Below are positions 22,301 through 34,300 of a DNA stretch of 64,000 bases, piece by piece. How positions within the stretch are numbered: the stretch's first letter is position 1; every line of letters begins with the position of its first letter. The notes below the pieces were generated by a model that searched no databases, was not told the DNA's origin, and was given only the letters and a program-made list of their open reading frames with translations. Source of the DNA: Phoronis australis (lineage: Eukaryota; Animalia; Phoronida); NCBI GenBank assembly GCA_002633005.1, contig NMRA01000012.1, forward strand, positions 1,801,992 through 1,865,991. The letters are read 5' to 3'. Made by a program: the position numbers and the translations under genes.

Positions 22301-25300
22301 ATTTGTTTCATCGGCGTCATTGTCGTATTTGTTGGTGATATCGCTTTCGCCATCTACCTCAGTTCTAAGATTTTACTCGATTTTCCTAGGTGTCGCTTCT
22401 AAGAGCACTTTCGCTTGTGCTTTCTCACATAGAACCTGACACAGTCTGGTCAATGCACGAACTTTCGTTGTTTCAAGAACGTCAAATGTCTGATTGCATG
22501 TATACACATTTGGTTGCACCTCATACACATTCTACTCGGTAGGTGGCCTGTCGTATGCTCGGGTATACTAACGGATCCGCTCATACCGGGTCCACCTTCA
22601 AAACTGCGCTTAATAGCAAAACATACTACATGAGGAATGTCGATTGCCACGGAAACGAGACGAATTTGGAGGATTGTGCTCGGATCGTTGGGGGAACGTG
22701 TCAAGGACATCAGGAGCATGTGGGAATGAATTCTGCCGGAGTGAGCTGCTTTAACGACACCGATGAAAACGAGTTCCTTTGTAAGTTCCATGATTGCTCC
22801 CATATCTGGAAATACTTAGGTTAAATGGATTGTATAAAGTTAATGTGACTTCGTCAGAAACCAATATAATTTGTCCAGCTAATCTGAGTTCCGCATTACG
22901 GAAGTTCATGGATTATTGCGCTGGGTGTGTGATAGACCATGCACAATAAGGTGGCCCAGCTGGTCACATGTTACAGTCATGTAGTTCATGTGGAAGAGTC
23001 CACAGCAAAATATCTCGCCACTGTGTATAACAGCTTCTTATTTAATTTGACCTTTTCTTATCTAGTACTATATAAATATAACTGGACCCGTCACGGCGGG
23101 TCCAGTTTATAGATAGACCCATCCCGAATTTGGTGTACCCAGTTACAAAGAAAGACTTCGTTGATCAACATTCACTGACAGGTGTACCCACCTATAATCA
23201 TATTTTACGTAGAAACACATATATTTATGTGGGTGTCCCCATTTTTGTCCGTGAAAATTAAATTTTTACTAGATAAAAGTTCAAATTAAATAAGAAGCTG
23301 TTGTATACATTTCACAGTTGCTCGGTCACTTAGAATCTGTTCATGGGTTTTTCCGTCCATTTGAGCGCAAGATAGTACACGATGCATCTTATCTGATTTG
23401 GAACACTATACTTCCTTTCGCATGACATAGTTGAAGATAAGTTAATATAACATAGTTGGCATTGTGCCCAGGGCACCGTAAATGCCGGGTATGACAATGT
23501 GTGCCTATACATTTGCTAAATTTAAAGTAATTTCACTTCGAAGAGTGCCCACAGATGAGCTCAGAGTAGCGGCAGGCGCTAGAACGCTTTATCATCATAT
23601 GGTAGATAACAGTTCAATACTTGTCTACTGAGACCCAAAATTCTGGAAAGAAAGGAAAGCGGGAGAAGATTCTATAAAATTCATTTGTTTTTTCTAATTA
23701 ACACTCCAATCCGAGGATTGACGAGCTAAGATTAAAAACAAAATTGTTTAGGCTTAAAGTTGCACAGATTATTGGAATACCTGTGGGCCCACTTCTCCAA
23801 GCTTTCTGCTCGTGAACTGTACATCTTAACAGGTCTTCTTTTTGCTGTCAATACAGATGTTTTTCATTTGCAGCAAAACTGTTTCATCTTAGTGCAAAGA
23901 ATGACGTCGAACGATTGGTGCTGCATCATCACATGGTCTACGGCGACGTTTGCGATCCGACCTGGACACAGGAGGACGCCACCGTCCTGTGCAGGTTAAA
24001 GGGCATGGACTCGGGTCTGCCTGTCAAAGGTAAAGACCTGGTTGGTGAATCGACACCTGGAAGCTACGATTATCCAATTTGGAGAGTGAATTTCACATGT
24101 ACGGGTCAAGAGACTGATCTGAATGACTGTTCATCGGAGCCTGTAGGAGATCATTCGGATGATTGTCTCCAACACCAGCACTTTAGAGTTGGTGGTCTGT
24201 GCTGGAAGTCGAACGCTTCGTATAGCGACGTTCACACCACTATAGTTGGATCGCCAGGCAGGTATGGGTTGGTCAAAGTATTTTACAAAGACATTGGGGG
24301 TTATGTTTATGCCGACCCTGGAAAGTGGACGAAAAACGAGAGTGACGTAGTTTGTCGGGAGCACGGATTCAGCAGTAGCTATCCTATCGAAGGCAACATC
24401 ATGTACTCAGGCACGGCACCGCTAATCCTCTGGATTAAAAATCTAAAATGTAACGGGAGCGAAACAAGCATTAGGGTAAGTACACTGTATCATTTTTTAC
24501 CCTTACCAAAACAACTTACATTACGGTTCTACTCACTACTAGGCCTACAATGCCTTCCTTTATTAACAACTTCAGAATTTTCTGACCACTTTCCCAACAG
24601 AAACAAAATGTATAACAATGGTCTAATGGCGGTTCCTTACTTTCAAAACTAGTTGGAGTTGATTCTAAAAGCACAGTGTACCTGGTAACGCGAATGGGTG
24701 CCTAGTCATAAGACGTAAAATGCACTTGTATTGTCAACGGTTTCGGTTTTGCCTATTTCACAGCTTTCAGTTCAACAAGTGTGAGGATACTTTAATCAAG
24801 GACTGCTGAGAATATCCATAGGCGATTTGCGTTAAAATGATGACTGGTTGGACCAGGTACGAAGGCACGTCTTGTTGGCCTTGCCTTTGTTTGGAAGGTA
24901 CTCTGGTCCTGTGTCTTTTGATAGCCTACCGTATCCACCGATTTAAATGAAATTCTGACTGCTCACGAAGTCAATTCAGAAACGCGTTCCCCTCTTCTAT
25001 GGGTGCCAGTTACATGCATATGGTATGTAGTCCTACACCACAGATATGTTATCAACAAGCTTCAGCTAACGGTCTGCAACATGAAGCCGACATGCCCAAG
25101 AAAAAATACACCATGTGGCTTTTGTTTGTGGAAAGCCCTACGTCCGAGGCCCAGTTACTCTTGAACTTCATGGCCGAATGATCGTACTGTTTCGTCGCAG
25201 TATTCGTGGCCTACTATGTCACATACTCATTACTGTTTATAAATCACTTTATTTTTCGGAAAGGAATGTACTTACGAAAGTGGTTTCAACAATTCTACAT

Positions 25301-28300
25301 GGACGCTTGCTCAAAGTAATCACGTGACTGACTACAAATCGCGAAGAGTGGAAGTCGTCTGCTACAATGAACCAAACAGTAGGTGGCACTGTTCAAGTAT
25401 TCGAATTCGGTTGAATTGGTTTTAAAGTTTTCTTACCACCTTTTGCATATATGTCGTCCAAGCTGAATAAGTTCATTTCTATTAGAGTGTAATTTAAAAA
25501 TTACAGGAGGCTTTGAAATTGGTCTTTCCCCAAAAGAACAACTGTTGAGCATGATTGCTAATCGTTATGAATTTGATCTTAGACCAGAGACATACGATGT
25601 TTGCGTTTAGAGGTTTAGAGAGTACGACATATTGTTGTTGCTTAAGGCCATGCTCTATAAGGTGACTTGCACTGCACATAGTCTCACTGAACAGGCACAG
25701 TATTAGCCAGGATTTTGCCAGTCAGACATTCGCACTCCCTGAAAAACCAAATGGAATTCGTTAGAATTTTAGGGGCCCATGCCCGCCCTTGGCCCCCCTC
25801 TAAATCTGCCACTGTTGAAGCAGTGACAAACTTTCAATTCTTTTCGAGCCCAGAAGCCACTTCTTATTTGAATAAGGAACAACTTGAGATAAGCTCTGTT
25901 GCGCTATGTGGTCTAGCTCAATTAATAGTTTTGGCGGAGGGCGAGTTTATTGGCATTTCTGAGTGAAACTTTTGAAACACCATTTGCTGCTTCTCAACTA
26001 CAGGTCGAACCATACGTGTTGTAATAACGTTTGCAAACAGAACAACGCGACTGTACACAGAGCCGGATAAGGCTAAGTAAGCTATAGTTTAGAGGGAGTT
26101 GCACAAGATGGAAACGACGCGCTTCTTATCCACGGGGGGGGGGTGAAATTTGTTCTCACGTCAGCTTACGTAAACTCCTAGACTTTTTATACCTTATGAA
26201 CCCAACGAAACCTAATCCTGCACTGGCTGTCATAGTCGATATTAACTCACCAGGATCATTATAGCTAGATAATAAGAACGAAAACTTCAATTTTAGCGGA
26301 GGTCAACCTGCAAGTCTACTCGAAGTACAACTCCGATGATAACTACTTATTCGGTCGCTTGGACGTCCTGCATGTGGGTGTCACAGGGACGGTGTGTAAT
26401 ATGGGATTTGACGACGCCGATGCTGTTGTTGCATGCAAACAGCTGGGGTACGAATCGCTTTGTTGTCCAGCCCTTCTCTGACTTTTAAGAGTGTTAATGG
26501 GACTGTGTTCCATAGACCAAGACAATCGTGAAAAATGTTAGTGCGATCATGTGGTTCTCTTATCCATTGCGATATTTAGAAAAGACTTGCGTTTTCGAGT
26601 TTTTTCTAGTTTACGTAACGCAGGCCAAGTGAGCAGTTGTGATGGCATTAAGCCATTTCTAAAAACCTGTGGACGTCAGAATTAACAAGGATAGAGTAAA
26701 ATTTATGTTAAATCTATACCAAAAGATTAATTTCAAATAATATGTCTCAAATTTGCAGTCACGGCAGCATATTCATGCGCGCACCCAGCCTTCAATATGG
26801 GGGGGCTCGAATTCCTGACGTTATGGACCTTATGCTAACAAAAGAGCGGGCGGACTAAAAAAAAAAAAAAAAAAAAAACGGGAGCACTACTATGAATTGC
26901 GCGTTTGCACTTATTTACTGGACTTTTGTCCCATTTCTTCGAACATTTTTTCTCTCAGGGGTGAACCTTTTTGCCCACTTTGCCAAATGGGGGGATTGTG
27001 CAAGCCCCCCGAGCCCCCCTGGGTGCGCGCATGATATTGTTTAAAGAGGCCTGGAACACGCAAAACAGATTTGACTAAATTGCACATTTTAAAGTGATTC
27101 TCTGTCACTGAAGCAGAATTCAATCTGTTCACTAGGTATTTTACAGTTCGTTCGTAAAAAAATTTAGTTTTTGTTGATGTCAAAGCACTTTTCTTTTAGT
27201 TTCGAATTTCAAGTGATCTCATCAACTGCTCGTCACTTCGTCGACTTTTTTCCCAGAAATCTAAGCACGTCGCCTTATTTGGCATGGCAAGACAGGGACG
27301 TAGCACATTTCCTTATATGGAAAATGTGACCTTTGATCTTTGATGCAAACAAAAAGGCAATTGGTTTAACTCTTAATTGTTTAAATTTAGTTTACGTATT
27401 GAAGTATTCAAATATATTTTGAAATACACTCGGAATTCTTTCTGGGAAATCGCTTACTTCTTCACTGGCTTGCCTCATACTGTGTTGTCGACCTCAGATT
27501 GGGAGTGCGATCACACATGATAATCTGCCGTTTAAAATATCCATCTCGTCAATCAGTTGTTTGTCGGATGTCTTTGAGCGCATGCGCGCATTAATCATAA
27601 GTGGGGGAGATCAGAAACTCTTGGTGACTACGGAGTTCATCCTTAGCGCGTATTTCACAAATTGGTGTGATTTTTTTCTGGAAATTCCCTTCCAGGGGAA
27701 AGAGAGTAACTCTGTAGTAAACGTTGCGAGATTGCCAGGAATCGTTGACTAGCTTCCGCGTTCCATGCCCGACTTTAACATTTTAACGTTGCGCGTAGAC
27801 TTAGCCACAGAATTCCATCAACTGAAAAACTTTTGAGGGGTGAAAGTGAACGCGTTTCACCGAAGCTTATGTATGATCATCTGGGGCGCGTTCCGTAGCT
27901 GCAGGACATTCGCTAGCAAAGCTAGTGTGATCACCTGCTTCGTTTGTGTTGTATGGCGATATCTCGTAAAGACTTTTAATGAGTCATTTCGCCTTGAAAG
28001 TGTTTGGGGCGTACCGTAGACGTAAGCCACTCGTGAGCAAAGCTAGTATCATCTGCTTCGCTTGGCTAGATCTCACGAAGACTTGAGTGTTCGCTTTTGG
28101 TCCACAGGAACGCAACCCTAGTATCTTTTATTAGATGGACACGGTAGTTGAGTCAAACTGTTTCCTCTCCAGGTTTAAAAATGGCGTCCGTTCCAAAACT
28201 AGAGGTATTCAAAGAATTCCATGGTTGAGCAATTTGCGATGTCATGGTAACGAGACAAGACTGACAGACTGTTCACATGACGGGTTAGCCTCGAATCTGG

Positions 28301-31300
28301 TTAGTGCGGAGTGCAGCCAACAACAGCATTCCGATGCAGGGGTCTTCTGCTACAACAGTGACAAAGGTTAGTGTCAGTCTGTGATACAGACCTTTGTGAT
28401 ATAAGGAGGGAGATGGATTTTGTCCCACTTCCCTCTGCATCTTGGTGCTAAACTGTTACAACAATTTGTTGATGTCTGGCACCATTGTCACCTTCTTCAC
28501 AATGTTGCACTTCATGGCTAGTCTCGTAAGATATCAACTAGCACCTTAAAATGTTGCACTGGACATCCTCACTTCTACGATTTCCAGTTTTATTAATATG
28601 ATGCTAGTTGTTAGCTAGAACATTCAGCACACCAACGAAGTAACGTGTGGCCATTGCATTCTCTGTAGTTAAGTATGTTTGCACTTTCGACCAGTCTCAA
28701 CTACCAGTATCCCTCTTTCTTCCCTTGCTTCCCTGTGCACGTCCATTCCATGGTTTATCTGTACATGTCTAGATGGTTAGTCACTCACTCTCTCTCGTTT
28801 TCTCTGCTTATCTTATGCACGTGGCTTCTACCACTTGTACCATTCACGTGTACTTTTTCAGACTATTACGAGGAATACCGATTGCGAGGTGGTGCATGGA
28901 ACTGGGGTTACCTCGAAGTCACCATAGCTGGACTTACTGGCACTGTTTGCTATTCCCATGTAAAGGCATACCAACTGTGTCGTCAGTTTGGTTACGTGTA
29001 CGCATCGTCTTTCACTAAAGATTACGGTAAAGGTCGTGGTCCGGTGTTGGTTCAGTTTGACCATGGAAGTCCCTGCAGTCACGTGGGTAACATCCTGGAC
29101 TGCAGAGTAAGTACAGTAAGAGTGAGTGAAGGACTGGACGCTCTCTTTTTAATCAAAGTTAAAATAAGGAAGTAGTGTATGTTGGCTAATTGTGTATATG
29201 CTACTCCTATTTTGTAATTTATTGTTGAGCGATGATGAAGTTAACAAGAGCAGCTTTATGCAACAAAGTCTTGAATTGGTCATAGAACTCTAACCTAAGC
29301 CTTCGTTTGAAGAATGAACACAGCGCCTTTATTATAATTGAATCGACACAGAGTTAATCGTACAAGCATGATCGTGTTCTTCGAAAAATGATGAATATAG
29401 AGACTTGTCAAGTTGGATAAATCCAGGAGTGAACCACATCAGTAAGACATGATCGATTTTTCTGACATACACACGCGCGCGCGCACACACACGCACAAGC
29501 ATACTCGCACCTACCCACCAATACACACTGAAACTTGGTCGTGTTAACAACAAACGGAGTTAAAGCTGCAATTCTCCCTGTTTATCTGACTAAAAACAAA
29601 AATCGGATTGGCGTTATACTCTCATCAAATCGGTCTCATAATATTCCATGCCGTGATAGGACTTCATTGTCGTTAACAACTCAGTTTTCAGTAATGCTTC
29701 TCTCAACAGGCCCTTAAGGAAAGTAAAATATATTCGTGGGAAGATGAAGTTGACCGCACCAGAATCGTTAAATATCATCCGTAGCATAATGCAAGTCAAA
29801 AGGAAATGACCGTTATTAACCTCCACCGCTTCCTGTGCGGCCATGTTAAAACTTCCTTCGAGTGCCTTGCTCTTGCTTTATACAGGTAAACCAATTTGGA
29901 GACACGTACTGCCATCACAATCATGGGCTGGATGGTGGAGTACTCTGCTCCCATTCTAGTTCCAGTCAGTGTCAGAATAAACTCATCGACCTGTCTGAAG
30001 CTCAAGGCATCATACAATCCGGTTCACCAGGTACCGTGTTTTCTTACGTCCGCTCCTAAGCATAACTGCTTTGTTAAAATAAATCGTACAAATGTGGTAT
30101 GTGTTCTCTTCCTCACCTCACCTTCCTTTTCTGCCCCACGTATTAACTTGCTCAGTCCAAGACCTGTCTTTCTGTGTTTAAGCAGTTCACGTGTTCACTT
30201 GTGAGGGCAGTATAAGGTGAATGTGAATAAAGTACTATTAATGAAGGAGGCCAAGACCCATTTGAAGCTTTCACGGAAACCCTTCTGGTTATTTCATCTG
30301 GAATGGATGTTCTATTAAAAGGATACCGAAGTCCGTTCTTGGTGATAACATTGAAAACAGATTCTTCCATCTGCTTTTATACAACTAGTACAACTTCCCA
30401 GAAAAAATGAAAGTTGTTCAGCCTAAAATACTTCCTCACAGTCAGTTCACCAAGTACACCGTGATGTGATTTGCGGTCGGCTTTCCTTTCCCGAAAGAGT
30501 TTTCAAAGATGTTCTACACCTTCAATGGTCAAATAGGTTTGCCTAGCACCCCATGAATTCGTTCAAAGTTTTAAGTCGACTTTACAAACTTACTTTTAAG
30601 TACACATTAACTCACATTGTTCGTGGCAAATTGACATGAGATATAAATAGCTCTGGGCGTAGAAAACTAGGGCGAGGTCCTACATCGGCACCATGACATC
30701 AACAAAAGTTGAGCAGTGGACTTGTCTCACAAGATTTCTGCTTGATTTGTATCAAGTTCCGTCTACAGATGCGTGTTGCTGAGTTTCTTGTTCTTTTTAG
30801 ATTCCTACTATGTCAACAACAGAAAATGCAGCTGGCGAGTGTCCGTAGCTAAACCATACGTGGTTGCACTTTCCTTCGTAAAATTCAAGGTACGGTGAGA
30901 GCTCGAGGAGTCAACTATTATAAGCGAGATTGCTGGTAGTGATTAGTATGGCGGGGAAGAATTCCGAGAAAGGTTGCATAGTAACTAGAGGGGTAAAATT
31001 TAAGTAGTTTTGTATAGGCTAACCATGAACGATCAATAGATATGAATTTAACTCTGAAACATAGGCAAAAGGTCCAATGATATTCAACATGGACGTAGTA
31101 TATCTTCTTGTACATGATCATGAAAATCGTCCAACGAGTTGTAATCCGACAGAGAGAGAACACAAGTATAACCTCAGGCAACGTTCTGTTGGCGCAAGAA
31201 ACTTTCGAAAACGCAAGATCACACAAGTCTTTGCGAGATACCGATATGGGAGCACGTGGCGTGTCTAGCTGTTTTCGCAATATTGTCTTCTGTCTTTGGA

Positions 31301-34300
31301 AGGCAACCCTGTTCCCGACGGTTGTTCATGTGTGCTTGTTTAGTCCCGCATCAATTTAGACTGCCGAAAATCGCTGCCGACCCAACAATATAAATGGATG
31401 TTATGTTAATCAATTTTGTTGATTCTACAGCGAGTTCTAGGCAACTACGACCAGGTTGTAAAACGTGGAGTCATCGGTGATAAATACGTTTTGTGTTGAG
31501 GCATCGATTCTAACTGAAGAAATGCTGGATGCCGTAAACACTGTTTGTAGACATTTTGCAAAACATGAGGCCCCCTTGTACAACTCGATTCAACCTGATG
31601 AGTTCAGAAGACTTCAAAAACACAAAAAAGAACTAAGCATTTTGACTTTAAACCAACAAGGAACATTTACCCATGCTTTCTATCTTGCAGACGTATTGTC
31701 CTAATGACTTCGTGGACGTTCGAGACGGTACAGACTCTTTGTCACCGTTGATCGTCCCTACGCTATGTGGTTCTGGTCGCGGAATAAACGACGATCCTCT
31801 CGTGTCGACGGAGAACTCGATGTATATTCAATTTACATCGGACAATTCTGGAACAACGACAGGTTTTGTGGCGAACTACAGACGCATTTGCCTCGGTTTG
31901 GATGTGTTTATTGACTCTGGTGAAACTATTATGAGCTTCATTGGAAATACGTTCAAAATACTAAATGTATCTTCAGAACAGTGCCAGATTGAATGCGACT
32001 TTGATGAATATTGCAAAGAGATGTATTATGAAGTTTTGGCACGACGCTGCATCCTCGACCTTGCGAGCTATTACGGTCCGTATACTAACTTAAGCAATGT
32101 TAGCGTTATTACGTTTACTCGCTCTTGTACTCCGTGTGAACGTTCTTGGAGCGACCCAGGGAATGGACTTTTGTCCGGATACAAATTCAGCATTGATTAC
32201 TACACAGACGTAACGTCTCTTACAGCTTGTCAAAAGATATGCACAGATCGAGCTTACTGTGTTTCTGTTAGCCACTCCGTGTTAACCAAAACATGCACTT
32301 TGAATTTCCAAACCTTACCCGATGGAACTGTTCATAGCAACCAGAATTCCCAGTACAAGCACGCCTTCGTTTCTTGCTCAGCATTAAGTTCAAAGATGTC
32401 ATGCAACGATTATACAAACAACCAAAGGACGAAAGCTCTCGAAAATCAATCTTATCTTGTTTCAAGAAATGGAAGCTACTCATTGTCATTCTGCGACTTC
32501 TCAGGACCATCGCCATGGACAATGATACCGGTGACTGCCCTAACAGATGACGCGATAAAATGGTCACCAGCCGGTATTCCCTACACGAGTCTCGATGTCT
32601 TGAAGCACTTTGAAGAGCTAAGGCCTTTAACCCAAAACGACTGGTTTTCTTACATTTTCATTGACCAGGCTGGCATGGGTGGAATTTGGACTATGAGACA
32701 TAACGACTCTTTATTGTCTAACAACACGTGCAAACAGGAGTCATTTACTCTCAAGGAAAAGTTTGGAAACTGGACCTCAGACGACAGTTTGAAGGATTGC
32801 CTACAGGTATTGTGTATAGTATATTGTTTTGTGATTGATCATTTTGAAGCCTTCCTCCAACGGACTTATGGTAATCTAGTTAGCAATGCGTGACAACACG
32901 CTTTTGTGTAGAAAAACACATAAAATGATACGCGGAGTAGCCTTTGATTTTTGTCACACGTCCCATTGAATCATGGTGCTAAAAACCTGTTACAGCTCAG
33001 TGGAAATTCCTCGTCCAGGTCTGTAGACTTTAATGCCGAAAACCCGCAAATAGTAAGGCAATGTGAAGCCTAACCGTTCATTACATTTGACAATTAATGA
33101 CTTCAGTGTGACCACAGAGACGGTTTTGACACATTTTATTGCATAGATAAATTTACATGTGATACTGTTCAGGCTTTAAAGTAAACTTGAGGTTTTTCTT
33201 GTTTGATACTCAGCGTTTGTATTTGTCTCTACAAACCTTGCGTTTGCACCGATTGGGTACTTCATGACTGGCAGCTAAGCGATGTCCCAAGGTAATAGTC
33301 ATGTCACATAGGCGGATTTAGGGGGGGGCCGGGGGCCCGGCCCCCCCCCCCTTGGCTGCCGCAAAAAAAATAAAACAGTAAGAGCGTAGGGAAATAAATG
33401 TTGAGTTTATTAATTAACCCCGGTAATTAAAAGTATACGGATGAAAAAAGATTTAAATGTGTGCAGTTTTAGTGTTGGGGGGAGCTCAAATCCAATTTCA
33501 AGTGTCAAATTCGGAACACGGCGCATTCGTAACGGAACTATGGCTAAGTATAGGCTCTCCCGCGATATCCCAAGCGACCGGCAGTGGCGCTGNNNNNNNN
33601 NNNNNNNNNNNNNNNNNNNNNNNNNNNNNNNNNNNNNNNNNNNNNNNNNNNNNATTTAATATTTCGTTTAATTACCTGTATGCAAGATCTTTCTCCAGCA
33701 ATCCAACTCTCAACCGGCACAAAACCATGAACAGTTCATCTTGAGGTGAAAGCGCTCTTTTTCGAGGACCAGGGTTGTCTGGGTTCTTGAGTGATGATCC
33801 CCAATAAATTAAATGTTTTATGTCTTCCTGTAAAAACTTGTACAAGACCATGAAATGATTATAATCATTGAAGCCGGTGTAAAAATGTATTGCCCCAGGT
33901 TTGTTTCTTATTCCATCCAAGCCAAATACATGGGATTGTAGTTTATGTTTGTTCTTTTCTAACTCCAATTTTGCCAGTCGATATTTCCTTTGCCACTTCC
34001 TCATTTCTAGACCAAATTTTCTAGTTGTGAGTAGCTCTTGTTTATATGCAGAACACTCATTCTTAACCTTTGACAGCTCTTCCTCTAGTTCACTAATTCT
34101 TGAGCCCATGCTCTCGATAATTTCATCCTTTTTCCTTACACAATTTATCAAAGTGCTTTCGCTGTCATCCGGTAAACAGTAGCTGTGATCATAATCTAGG
34201 TAGGCGGAAGCCGATGTGCTGTCCAGTTGACTTTCACGTTCTTGAACCAACACAAAATCGTCCTCAAAATTGCTCACATCAGCTGAGTTCTGGTCAAGCG

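Noticed and set aside
21829-22402. Overlapping ORFs rich in Thr, Val or Cys/Arg
   Set aside because: They derive from a degenerate trinucleotide tract inside an intron.
31077-31400. EHKYNLR-containing ORF reminiscent of a CR1/L2 LINE tail
   Set aside because: Only one short motif; no reverse-transcriptase motifs visible.
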